From contig JAQGDQ010000444.1 in the NCBI GenBank assembly GCA_030141605.1, positions 20,737 through 84,736 on the forward strand: 64,000 bases of DNA, read 5' to 3'. A model generated the notes under the pieces. It worked only from the letters and a program-made list of their open reading frames with translations, did no database searches and had not been told where the DNA came from. Positions 52,738 to 64,000 of this stretch are shown piece after piece. Within the stretch, counting starts at the first letter, position 1, and every line of letters starts with the position of its first letter. A program made the translations under genes and the position numbers. This stretch comes from Tubiluchus corallicola. Taxonomy: Eukaryota; Animalia; Priapulida.

Positions 52738-55088
52738 TGTTTTTAAAAATGACTCATAATACTGCCTACCTACAACTGCGTTAAATCCTTTTAATATTAA
52801 AATAAATCAATATTTCATAAAGTGGCTGGTAATTAAAATATCACTCACCCCAGGCAGTCAGTGCAAAAGAAATCTGCAAAAACAAAAAAGAAATAAAAAA
52901 ACACACACAAGTATATATGAACAATAAAATAAAATAAATTAAAATAATGATAATAAAAATTGCAGATCTCTCTCTCTCTCTACCTTCACGTTCAGGTTTA
53001 TACGCTGAAAGTATAAACCAGAATGACGCTGCTTTGCGCAAAGCCTTCCAAACTCGCGTAGTCTTGGAAACGCAAACGCGAGTCTTGAAAACAATGGGCG
53101 ACTGTCATTGTACTACGTCTATAATTTTAATAACTTCCCACCGTACACATATTATACTATGAAAAATTTGAAAACTTACCACCATTATTTCTGACCTGTT
53201 TGAGCAAAGTTAACTCTCAGCAACTCTCCCGAGCTTGTAGTAAGTTGCTAGAAAAGTTGTCAGACCATTTAAAGGCGCGACTTTACATAAGTTGTGACAG
53301 AAGTCTCCACGTCTGAACGCAACATTAGCTGCACCATATTAGTTTGTGCCACAAAGATACTTATTGTAGGTTGTTGCAGACAAAGTGAAATATGGGCTTC
53401 AATGATAATTAAAATTCAGTAGTAAACTAGCTGACAATGTTTCTGACGTGGTCAGAAACTGAAGGTTTTGCAAACAATGGTTATAAAATTATAAAAATGG
53501 ACAGCCATTTTTGAAAGTGCTTACTTTTTATTGAATTGCTTGAATACATGGAAAGTGTGTTTCACAATAAAACCTCAGCATTTAACTGTTCAGCCTATTA
53601 CCTACAGGTCAGCCTATTACCCAAAGGTCAACAATCTTGACATAACTTTTACTATGTAGTTAGCCTCAACGAAACCTTTCATTTGATATACAACAACCTG
53701 CATTTGGTGGACTCCCGAAGGCATTTGTTTCCTCGACTCCTATTTTGCCCCTAACTGGGTCACAGGTTAACGATTCACACTGCAACCTATGCCATTCGAT
53801 CCGCCTCAAGTAGGTCTTTCATTTGATATGGTACTATCCAAAACTTTCCATGGTACTTGATGCATTACTGTTCCCAACATTCATTTTTTGGCTTTTGCTT
53901 CTTAGTGAAAAATTTTTCCGCCCTCCAAATCACCCATATTTTGCCATATCCAACAACCTGGCCCCACCTAACGACATGCCAAATATTGTCACCCTGGCTT
54001 AAAAACTGTGGGAGCAGATGGATCCTAAAGAACAATAAATGAAGACCCGACCGCTCTGTGACCTTTGACCCGGAAACTTGGGTCACGTGTATATGTGTGT
54101 GTCACTCGGGTGTTTAAAGCTTGTCAGCTTTTTACTCCCCCAGGTGCACGCCTGCTCCAAAGTACCCAAATACTTGTGGGGTAAAATTTGGAAAATAATG
54201 ACAGCTCTAGGAGGAGTTGAATCATAATGGAAAACTTACCAATGCCCACTGTCCTTTCCCCTTGGCCAGTGGTCAGCAGTTGCTATACAATTGTACGTCC
54301 CCACCCAGGGCTACCAATCCTGCGGTTGGGTGATCTTACGAGTTATTAAGCCTTAAAGTGGCGGAGAATAACTAAATAAATAGCTTTAGGAGAAACAGTA
54401 AGATTTTGTTATATGAAAATCTTAGGAAAAAAATTATAAATAACTCAATGTAAAACAGCAAGATTTTGTCGTATTCTGCACAGGCAAAAGCTTCTTTATT
54501 GTTTAAACTCAGATTAAAACAAGACTATGCTACTTTTTAAAACAAGAAAACATAATTTGACACCTATATTTTTCTGTTTAATCCACAATCTTGACCTAAA
54601 TTTTGTGTATTCATAAGTTTTCATAAAATGTAATACTCATAGCTATGTTGCTAACGTTTTTCCTTTCTTTCTTATCTGCAAGCCAAAAAATTAGCAACCA
54701 TTCGTTAGTTTGTTAGAGGACATAGTAAAGAAGACCATATCACCATATAGCCTGGATTCTCTTTTTTTCTGAAAGTATACAAGTTTCTCTTCAAACCCCC
54801 ACCAAGTACAGCTTGTTTTTTATTCTTACCGGTATGGCTGTAAGAACGGCAGGTGAAAAATTTCTTGAAATGCCATTTTACAACCATTGCCGGAACACCA
54901 TGTAAAGACATTCTTGATTCTTTAATGGAGGGCTTGGAGATAAATTTTTATCTCATTAGAAAGAGAAGGACCAGTCTATGCGATGAAGTGAGTCGTCTTT
55001 ATACGCTACTACTAGGATGAAGGGTTGCAAGTTAATTTGGGAGAACTTTTTTGGATGACTGTGGTTTAGCAAGCTTAATGCTGACATA

Positions 55089-58000
55089 TTAGCTCTTTTC
55101 ATCTTTTAGGCTTAGCCCTTCATATTTTACACCAAAGTAGCCCAACACATTCAAATTCGACTTTGTGTTTTTGCTTACTGAACAAAAATTTTGTAGTTCT
55201 GGTTTGTGTGCATATTTTGACAAAACTTCTGCTATGAAATCTTTCTTCAATTGCCTGCTTACGTGTTCTTGGTTATAACTATGATTCTTCTGTGGCACTT
55301 GAACGTGCATTAGAAACGCATTGTCAAGAATGTGAAAGTTGTAATCTTCCAGGCACATCTCAAATAGTTGCTGCATTTTGTTGAATCCAAATCCACGAAA
55401 TCTTTCATCAAACATTGGTACATTGTTGCCACCTTCAAAAAATTAAATATTGTCAAAATGTATATATATATATACATATACAAACACACACAGTTCAACT
55501 GAAGGAGTAGTAGGTGTACTTAGAATTCGCAGGAGGGCAACGGCGCCCCATAATGGGCGTTTCCACAGACACAAATACCTGATTTTTTCGAAACTTTGGT
55601 CAAACAGGCAGCAGAAAAAACGTTCTAGCGGCGCCTGGTGGGACTTTCGACAGGAGGTACCTTTTTAGAAAGAGACAGGAGGAAAAGAGCTACATGATGA
55701 CGTGGGCTACGTTTTAGGACACCTCAAACAAGTGGAATGGCTACGAATTCATTTTCGGCAATTCACACATGGAAAACTGCTGACGCTAAGCCATTGTTCT
55801 GACGTCATCCATTTTACTCTGCCTGTAACTTTAATTCAGTACTAAGAAATGCCCTGCAAAAAGTTTGTGTATAAATACACTTATAATCAACAATAAGCGA
55901 ACATCTTACATAGTCCTCATTTATAACACAAAGCCAGTCGCAGCTTTTAAAGAATTAAAGTTATAAGGTTATGAGATGAGTATAACGCATGACGTCAGAG
56001 CAATGGCTTTGCGTCAGCAGTTTTTCAAGTAAAGAGTGTCCGAAATGGAACCTCCAATCAACTCACCACAGCTCCTCATGGTGGAGACGCCCTAAAATAC
56101 AGCCCACTTCATCGCGTAGCACTGTCGCTCCTCTTTTTAATGAGCTATATATCTCCTTCCAAGAGTCCCACCAGGCGCCTCTAGACCGTTTTTTTCTGGA
56201 GGCACTTTGAACAAAATTCTGGGAGTTCTGTCCGGGAAAACGCCTGTTGCGATACACCGTGACCCGCAAATTCTAAATATGACTATTACATCCACTGTTG
56301 AACGGGCTATGTATGCATGGTGGGCACCGCCCCCAATCCATTCCAGTTATACAGAAATAAGAGGTATAAATTTTGAAAAAACGGCCAATAAATGGCCATT
56401 TTTGGAGGTTTTTCGCCCCCCGTTCATTCAGATGGACACGAGTCGAAAAATAAACCCCCCATAGCACGACACTTGATCGAGACATTTCGTTTGATATAAA
56501 AATCGCCACAAATGTTGCTGCTGTCGAAACTGTAGTCTCGAATCATATATATATATATATATAGAGAGAGAGAGTACAAATTAATATACAAATAAATTAA
56601 ATAGATATATATGCAATTTGTTTGCGGGACCTTTGCTAATCACATATTAATTCTGCTATTATCTGACTGTCGTAGTGTATGGAATTGAAACTTCCGAGGT
56701 TACAACTCCAGTTTCTACATGACCACAATTGAAAAAGTTTTTTTATTGTCCCCCGCTTCACTTGCATCAATATCGCCCCAGGAAAACTCAATAATTCAAA
56801 TGGATAACCATCCAGGGCTGCACACTGGTTTATAAAGTCGTAACTCACATCCGAAAAACCTCATTATGTGTCATCTAAACTGCAATAGACAAAGAAATAA
56901 ACTCATTAAAGGACAAGAAAATGGTTATCTCAAGTTTCAGAAAACTCGCCTTAAAAACTATATTACTTTATAGCAATTTTATGCGTATATCTTACTCGCT
57001 TTTAAAGAAATTTTTGTTTTCATTTTAAATCTCCCGCAGTATTGTTGCGAAGACGCCATTACATGACGTCAAAACGTAAATATAAACCAGGGGAAGAAAG
57101 GGAAATGTTAAATTATGCCCCAAAAAACTTTACGCGCAAATATTTATTGCTAAGCTTTTCGCTTACCTGTTGGAAAGACTTATGTAACTTGAATTTTTTT
57201 TAATTATTTAAAATGTTTTGATAAATAAGTAAAATTTCACTGACTCACCCTCCAGGGCGCAGCACTCACTAACCAAAAACGTATTTTTAATCATATTGAC
57301 AAGATACAGTAATTATCTGCCGATTGAACTCTTGTATTTCTTAGAATTAAATTGGCATGTTTGTGATATCAGTTGCCAAACTAGATGATGGTACTTTAAA
57401 TGATTCTCTGATTTTCAATAACTACAAAATCGGTTGCAGGAGTTGTGAAATGACTAACCTTTATAAGACTAAGGGATAATGAAACCAAAACACTAGAGAC
57501 AATTCCAGAGACAATAATGTGAAATGAAAATGAAATGAGTTACCTCACATATACCGCCCTCATTGTCCCTAAGAACTATGACTAGATCTTGCTAAAGGTA
57601 GGTAATGTAGGCAAGCCATTGAAAATGTTGGTGATACCTTTTGTGTAGAAATAATAAAAACCAATACATGCTCAGAAATCAATGGCTTGATGATGTAATA
57701 ATTACAAACGAACAACACATTTTTTATGCAAATGCAAGTGACACCTATATGAGAGTTGGTGTTGATTTTCATACTCTGATTTATACATATCTTTAGATCC
57801 TGCCCTTTATGCAAACTAGATGCTTTGAGAAACTATGTTTGAGCAGAGGTATACTAATCCTACTTTTCACACAGTAATCGAATATTTTCTTAGAATTAAA
57901 TTGGTATGTTTGTGATACGAGAAGCCAAACTAGATGATGGTACTTTAAATGATTCTCTGATTTTCAATAACTACAAAATCGGTTACAGGAGTTGTGAAAT

Positions 58001-61000
58001 GACTAACCTTTATAAGACTAAGGGATAATGAAACCAAAATGCCAGAGACAATTCGAGAGACAATAATGTGAAATGAGAATGAATGACAGTTGCCTCACAT
58101 ATACCGCCCTCATTGTCCCTAAGAACTATGACTAGATCTTGCTAAAGGTAGGTATTGTAGGCAAGCCATTGAAAATGTACGTGATATCTCTTGTTTAGAA
58201 ATAATAAAAACCAAAACATGTTCAGAAATCAATGGCCATACGCTCAATGATGTAATCATTACGAAAGAACAACACCTTTTTTATACAAATGTAATTAACA
58301 GCCACATGAGCGTTGCTAATTTTCATACTCTGATTTATACATATCTTTAGATCCTCGCCTTTATGCAAACCAGACGCTTTGACAAACGATGTATGTTTAA
58401 CCCCATTACCTTTATCCATTTAATTTTTTATGATTGTGAAGACCAGTATATTGCCATATATTGTCACAGATGATCATGACTTGATGGTAGAACATCAGAT
58501 ATCAAATTCCCCCAAAGAAACTGATTTTATATCTATTATTCGTGGTCAGTGTATAGCCAGGAAATGCAGTACCTGCTCTTCGATTAAAGGTGGAGGAGAT
58601 TGAGCAGATGAGCTGCAAAGATACCTGCATCACATTGTTCACCCCTCTTTAATATCAAAGCGTTGGTGTTTTTGCGTGACAGAGAAGTGACAGGGAAACT
58701 CCAAAAAAACAGGTGAAGTGGGTAGCAGGGGAGTAAAGGCGAGACCAAAAAGGAAACTTTTATTGATCATATATGACTACACGGGTCTAGAATGACAGGG
58801 TGAGAAGTGATGTTTTAATTAATTGGTGCCACTCTACTTTCCCAAAGTGCACTTTACGATCACATTTGCCAGACTAACCCTTCTTCTCAGTCTCACCTTT
58901 TGAGCATAGTTAACATTGATTTCTTTTATGCTCCGATGCCCAGTGGTAAAACTGGCATATTTATTAGATGACCCATTTGCATTCATATTTCCACTCATAC
59001 GTTTTTCCACTCACACAATGTGGCTCTACATTCTTACTAACAGAAGACGTTGTTTGAGCAGAAGTATATTGATCCTACTTTTCACACTGTATGTAATCGA
59101 ATATTTTCTGCCGTAGACATGTGGGAAGATCACGAGGCGTGTGATCCAGAAGCCGTTTTATAAGCCCTTATATAAATATATATATATTAAGCCTCAGTTA
59201 ACATTAGCTGTATGATTAGGTTCTCTAGTAATTGGGAAGACCGATAATTGTCGGGTAGTTTTGCACAGTCATGGGCATCGATGGAAAATGGGAATTAGAG
59301 ACAACCGTACATTATTATTGTGGTCAGAATCTGAAGGGGAATTGAATGTTATCATATTAGACTGAGAGCAGCCATGTTTGTGGAAACAATAAAATCAAAG
59401 AGAAGACTCGACAGGGCGTCGCCAATGCCTAGAAGAGACATTAGCTTGAGGTGGCTGAGCTTTTCCATGACCTTGTCACAGTGACAGAAATTAAATAAAA
59501 AAAAATCAGGTTTAGCATGAACAACTTCGGTAAGAATAGGCTTTGGAGTTGGAACGAATGTTAAAGAATGTTGTTGCCTATTCACATGAAACATTATATC
59601 ACCTCTTGAACTGTTTTCACCCTTCAACTTGAACTGGATAAATTTCGCATCCAATAATTATGAAACAGACTATGAAAATGTTCAGTTTAAACATAGCTAT
59701 TACACACACTGTTATCTAATCCCCACAAACAAATATTTTTCTTTTGTTTTTAAGTTTGTGAACATAAGTTAAGTTCCATCATACCAAAACTGTTAGCATA
59801 CTTACAAATGTATACAGGTTCCCACCGGGGAGGTATCCACTTACTGACAAAAAATGTTTCTAATTGATTTGATGTCTCTATATTTTTCCAAAGTTCATAA
59901 TAAGGGATAGTATGGCAGCTTGAGCATGTTTCCTGGAAGGAAAGCAACATGGTAAATTATTTTTGATAATAAGAACAATTTTCATGGTCATACTTTTGGC
60001 ATAATCCTATATTTCGATGCATAGTCACAATTTACAGATATTCACGTTGTTTGGTTTTTAACAAGGAGAATTTTTAATAAGGAGAAGAGAATAAAGAGAC
60101 CTGAGCTTTCAGGTTATATTTAAAAATTTTGTAGTAATAGTAAAAATTACAAGCAAGACGTTGGTATCCGATTAAGCAAACTTCTACCTTCATTGCTGAA
60201 AAAGTGCATTTTCTGTATTTAATGCCTGCCGTACTTTCTTGTTTGCTTCACATTTGCATTGTATTTCACCTAAGGCAAGCGTTATGTCTTTGTGACACTG
60301 TTCCTACATGTATTTCAGAAAGTTTGTACCAGAGCAAAATAAAGTTTGAAATAACAGTAAACTTCATTAAATCTCTGCTTTGCCGTACATTCAGAACATT
60401 CAAGTTTGTTCTAAATTATTGCTCCGGTTAAAATTTCCTGTATTGACAATCATTAAGTTGATCATGACACACTTGAAAATTAGACAAGGCTAAAAACATT
60501 AGTTTCTTAGTGTCAGATGCCTTTACAAAATCTTGAGTATATCAATTATCCAGTTTCATTTTTCTTAATTGCCAGTTTTACCCAGTTACTCAGTTACACT
60601 GTTTTTCATAATAAACACTTTTGATGATTCTGTCTAATTTGTGAATGTTGTTGAAATCTACATAATTTATAATATTCCTGCTTGATTGTTATAAATACCT
60701 GATGGAACAATTGTGCTTTGTACTTGCTGATCAATTTCAAAAGTTGACATTTTTTTTCTGGTAACTGTTGATCGACAGAAATTTCAAAAACTGGTAAAAC
60801 ATAAACTGATTTTGCTGACTTTTTTCTTTTTCTCTTATTCGCCATCAGCATGAATTGTTCCATAAGATTCATTGATGGTTTTAGTTCAGCATCAAGTAAT
60901 AAGACGTATTTTGTGTCAACTGCCAATCGAGCTGTGTTACGTCCCACGTTAATCGGATAAGGACCATATTCAGTTATGTCTGGTCCACTGGACAGAGGGA

Positions 61001-61694
61001 ACACGAACTTTTTGTGCCTACCATAAAACGTTAGACCCTTAGTGTACGGAACGTCAGTTTCTGGAAAAAACAAAGAAATCGTCACTAGCTCCATAAATTT
61101 GGGAAAACACCTTCTCATATACAAAACAGAGTTTATAATAGAATCAAAGTTGTCACCCGGCGCATACAGTGCTGCTGAGATAGGTCCATTGTGCCTTTCT
61201 GTTAATTGTAGCAAGTGATGTATGTACTGCCAAGAGCATTGTGTAGCTATTGTCAATGCTTCATGAGGAAACTGCTTTGTGGCAGGTATGAACTTCAATA
61301 CCTTTATAAATTTTACAGAGCGATTCACATAATGGTCATAAAAAGTAGACACTATAGTACTTCCAAATTTTACTTTTGTAACATCCAGTTTTTCATTTGA
61401 GTTGTATTTGTTAAGAGGCGATGTTTCTATTGTCCTTATTTCGCCATTTCCCTCATATGTAGTAAGGCAAGAAAATTGCACTAGATCTTCTAACGCTACA
61501 ATGTTAAACGAATTTCCATTGTCACTCCTCATTTGAATTACAAACTCATCAGACTTTCTAGCAACAGAACCACGATCGTAGGTAAAAGCACCAAAGCACG
61601 AAAAAGTGATAATAAGTAAAATGATCTTTACAAGTTTCCTACATCTAGTTTTTATTTTTTTTACCGGAAATGCTTTGCAGTTGGTGAATACCAT
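55089..61694 (-). CDS. B4GAT1: Beta-1,4-glucuronyltransferase 1-like GT49 protein, copy B; 3 coding exons, about 488 aa
   Basis: Exons 61694-60699 (CAG|GTATTT, phase 0), 59932-59806 (TTCCAG|, T|GTAAGT, phase 1) and 55432-55089 (TTGAAG|) splice in frame. TM KIILLIITFSCFGAF. Motifs LTIATQ, HNGPISAAL, YPINVGRNTAR, LLLDAE, WEPVYIC, FDERFRGFGFNK, FHILDNAFLMH. Confidence 0.9.
55600..56420. repeat. Inverted pair of the dispersed repeat in intron 2 of B4GAT1-like copy B
   Basis: About 55600-55845 is an imperfect reverse complement of about 55945-56200, for example GCCATTGTTCTGACGTCAT versus ATGACGTCAGAGCAATGGC. Confidence 0.75.
57337..58380. repeat. Recent tandem duplication of about 550 bp in intron 2
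   Basis: About 57337-57830 is nearly identical to about 57886-58380 (TTTCTTAGAATTAAATTGG...CCTTTATGCAAAC). Confidence 0.9.
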
Positions 61695-64000
61695 TGTGGT
61701 TACAAATAAAAAATCGTTTTCATATCACTATAACAGCTATTAGAGAGATCACGAAATTTGACCAATAATGATCCACATTCATATTAAATCACGCCATATT
61801 TGGAAAACACAATCTCGACATAAAAGTGTGCCATGCTGTCTTCATTGCTTGTTGTTCTTCCACTGGCTGGCATGTCTTTTGCAAAACACAAAGAGTTGAT
61901 TTAACACTAAAATGACGTCCACAAAAATGTAGGTATTGCAATAGAAAGCACAGCTGATTTTTGCAAACGACATGTACTTATATCATTTCTTTATGCATGA
62001 TATTTATCAGTTGTTAGGCCTGCTCAGGTGACAAATATTACTGATTTGCAGAATCTTGTGTACAAACAAGAAAAGATGCGCTGAGATACCTGTTATTAGC
62101 ATTATTTCCTCATTTGAACAAATATTATTGTGCGCGTTGCAATTTTGTTTCATTACTGTCTAATTTTACCTGATTTTTACTCTCTCCAACTTTACATAAA
62201 AATAGTAACTCCAAGTTGGCAGTTTTAAGAAAAACGCAAAAAAATACCAAAAACAATGGTATCTGCACTTTTAGGACTAGGAATTTTATGTAGGGTGTAA
62301 ATTTTTTTATAGAAAATTAACTGAGTTTCGAATTATCCTTTTGGAAACCTGCGACAAACTTATTTCACCCCATTATGTGGCGCCACGATATGAGCATTTT
62401 AGCTTGAGGACTAATATTAACGAGGTAGCTATACATTATGTACAATTTACCTGATTGCATTGTTAATCCTAAGCTTAGTGTCTGATAACTAAAGGAATAA
62501 CATCGTGAGACCCCCCCAGCTATAAGCCCTTAACACACTCGACTAGTAGTCAGGTCTCAGGTACTCTCAGGCCTCATCCCAAGAAAAGACCCTATTACAC
62601 CGTAACAGACCATTTATATTTCTTCTTGTCTTTTTAATATTCCTTGTAATTAAGATTTTGTTATAGCATTATCCGGCGTTAAACATTTTCCTACTATTAA
62701 GTGTTTGCAAAAATCTTACTGTTTTTCATTGAGTTATTTATTTATTCTTGTTTATTTTCCTCCACCTCCATGCTTAACGTTTGGCATGGAAAACCTAAAT
62801 GTCATTTAGAAAATTGGGAATCAAAGCATTAATTACGTGCACAGCAGTAAGGTGTTACGTGTTGTTATAGACAAGCATTTGTTTTTGAGTTACAAATGAA
62901 TAACGTCAGGAAAAAAGGATGGTATAGATGGTTACAAATCTAATGAAACTGTAGTCTTATTCTTTAAAACCCTTATACTACCTATAATTTTGCATGGTGC
63001 TCCAGCTTGGATGGCACGCAAAGATCGCTTCTTTGATGATCTTATGTAAGATGTTATGAAAACTGGAACAGGCTGTAACTTTCACCGGTCTCGTGAAAAA
63101 TTCGAGTTGATCTGTAGTCTGCCACCTCTCGCCATAATCTTTAAAAGTGTAGCTGCAAAATTTATCCTGAAAGTATTATCTGCCTCAAATGATGATATTG
63201 TTAAATTACACTTGATAAATAGTCATGCTTATCCTCATCTTAATTATAATCACTTTTTACTTTAATTACTAGCCTATACAGGCGAATTTTTAAAAAACAG
63301 TAAAGATATAAACTGTATGAAGAACTTCTGAAGGTAAAATTGCTAAGACATCAGTATATTGCAGAACACAGGTGAGTTTATTTATAAAAAATCAGTAACA
63401 GCACATGTTGATTCAATGATCTCTGACAGCCAACTGCCCAGGTAAGTTTTCTATAAAGCAAGGAAGCCAGCAATTCTATGAAGGGTAAATGTTATGCATA
63501 CTACATAGTTCAAGGATGAAAGTTTAGACTGTATATGAAGAAATAGATTTATTTTACAGCTGAAATTTCTTGTGTGGGATTTTTAATGTTTTAACCAGAG
63601 ACTGCAATAATATGACATAATGAACAAAAAATAATGACATATGACATAATAATAAAAATAATGACATCGTGAGCTTCACGACAAACTGGCGTAAGAAGGA
63701 TATAACATCTTTACCACCACCTACGTTTCAATACAAGAAAAGTGAACCAAACTGCACAAATGATTGGCGTTGGTCATCAGAAGACGCTAAAGATACAAAA
63801 GTACTAATACCCAAAATACTAGTCTTGCCACGTTTTCTGTTTCACTTTTCCAAAAAACCAGAAGAGAAAATTATATAAAAATAAATATGTTACAAAGTAC
63901 GCATTAAGATTAATATCAAATCTATCAGACAAAGATATTACAGTAATATATCAAGGATAAGCAAAAGATTCCACTGTAAAAATTACTTTAAAGGTTAAAT

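Overview
This is AT-rich, intron-containing, repeat-rich invertebrate animal DNA. The GT49 motifs look arthropod-like, but that is an inference. All six intact host genes I can identify encode type II membrane, Golgi-type glycan-modifying enzymes from four different families: two 3-exon B4GAT1-like GT49 glucuronyltransferases (3070-5808 -, 55089-61694 -), one GXYLT-like GT8 xylosyltransferase (9309-10472 +), one HNK-1ST/CHST-family sulfotransferase (20936-22697 +), and two uncharacterised GT-A 'LILEDD' glycosyltransferases (27008-28099 +, 41330-42352 -). Two broken GXYLT-like paralogues are also present. The genes are separated by decayed mobile DNA: Ty3/gypsy, a solo LTR with a target-site duplication, BEL/Pao, LINEs, a Polinton ATPase, an OTU-carrying Helitron, a DDE transposase and satellites. 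The main hypothesis is an animal glycan biosynthetic gene cluster, possibly making a sulfated Xyl/GlcA (matriglycan-like) polymer from a 'split-LARGE' GT8+GT49 pair plus a sulfotransferase. All family calls come from motif recognition; no database search was run.
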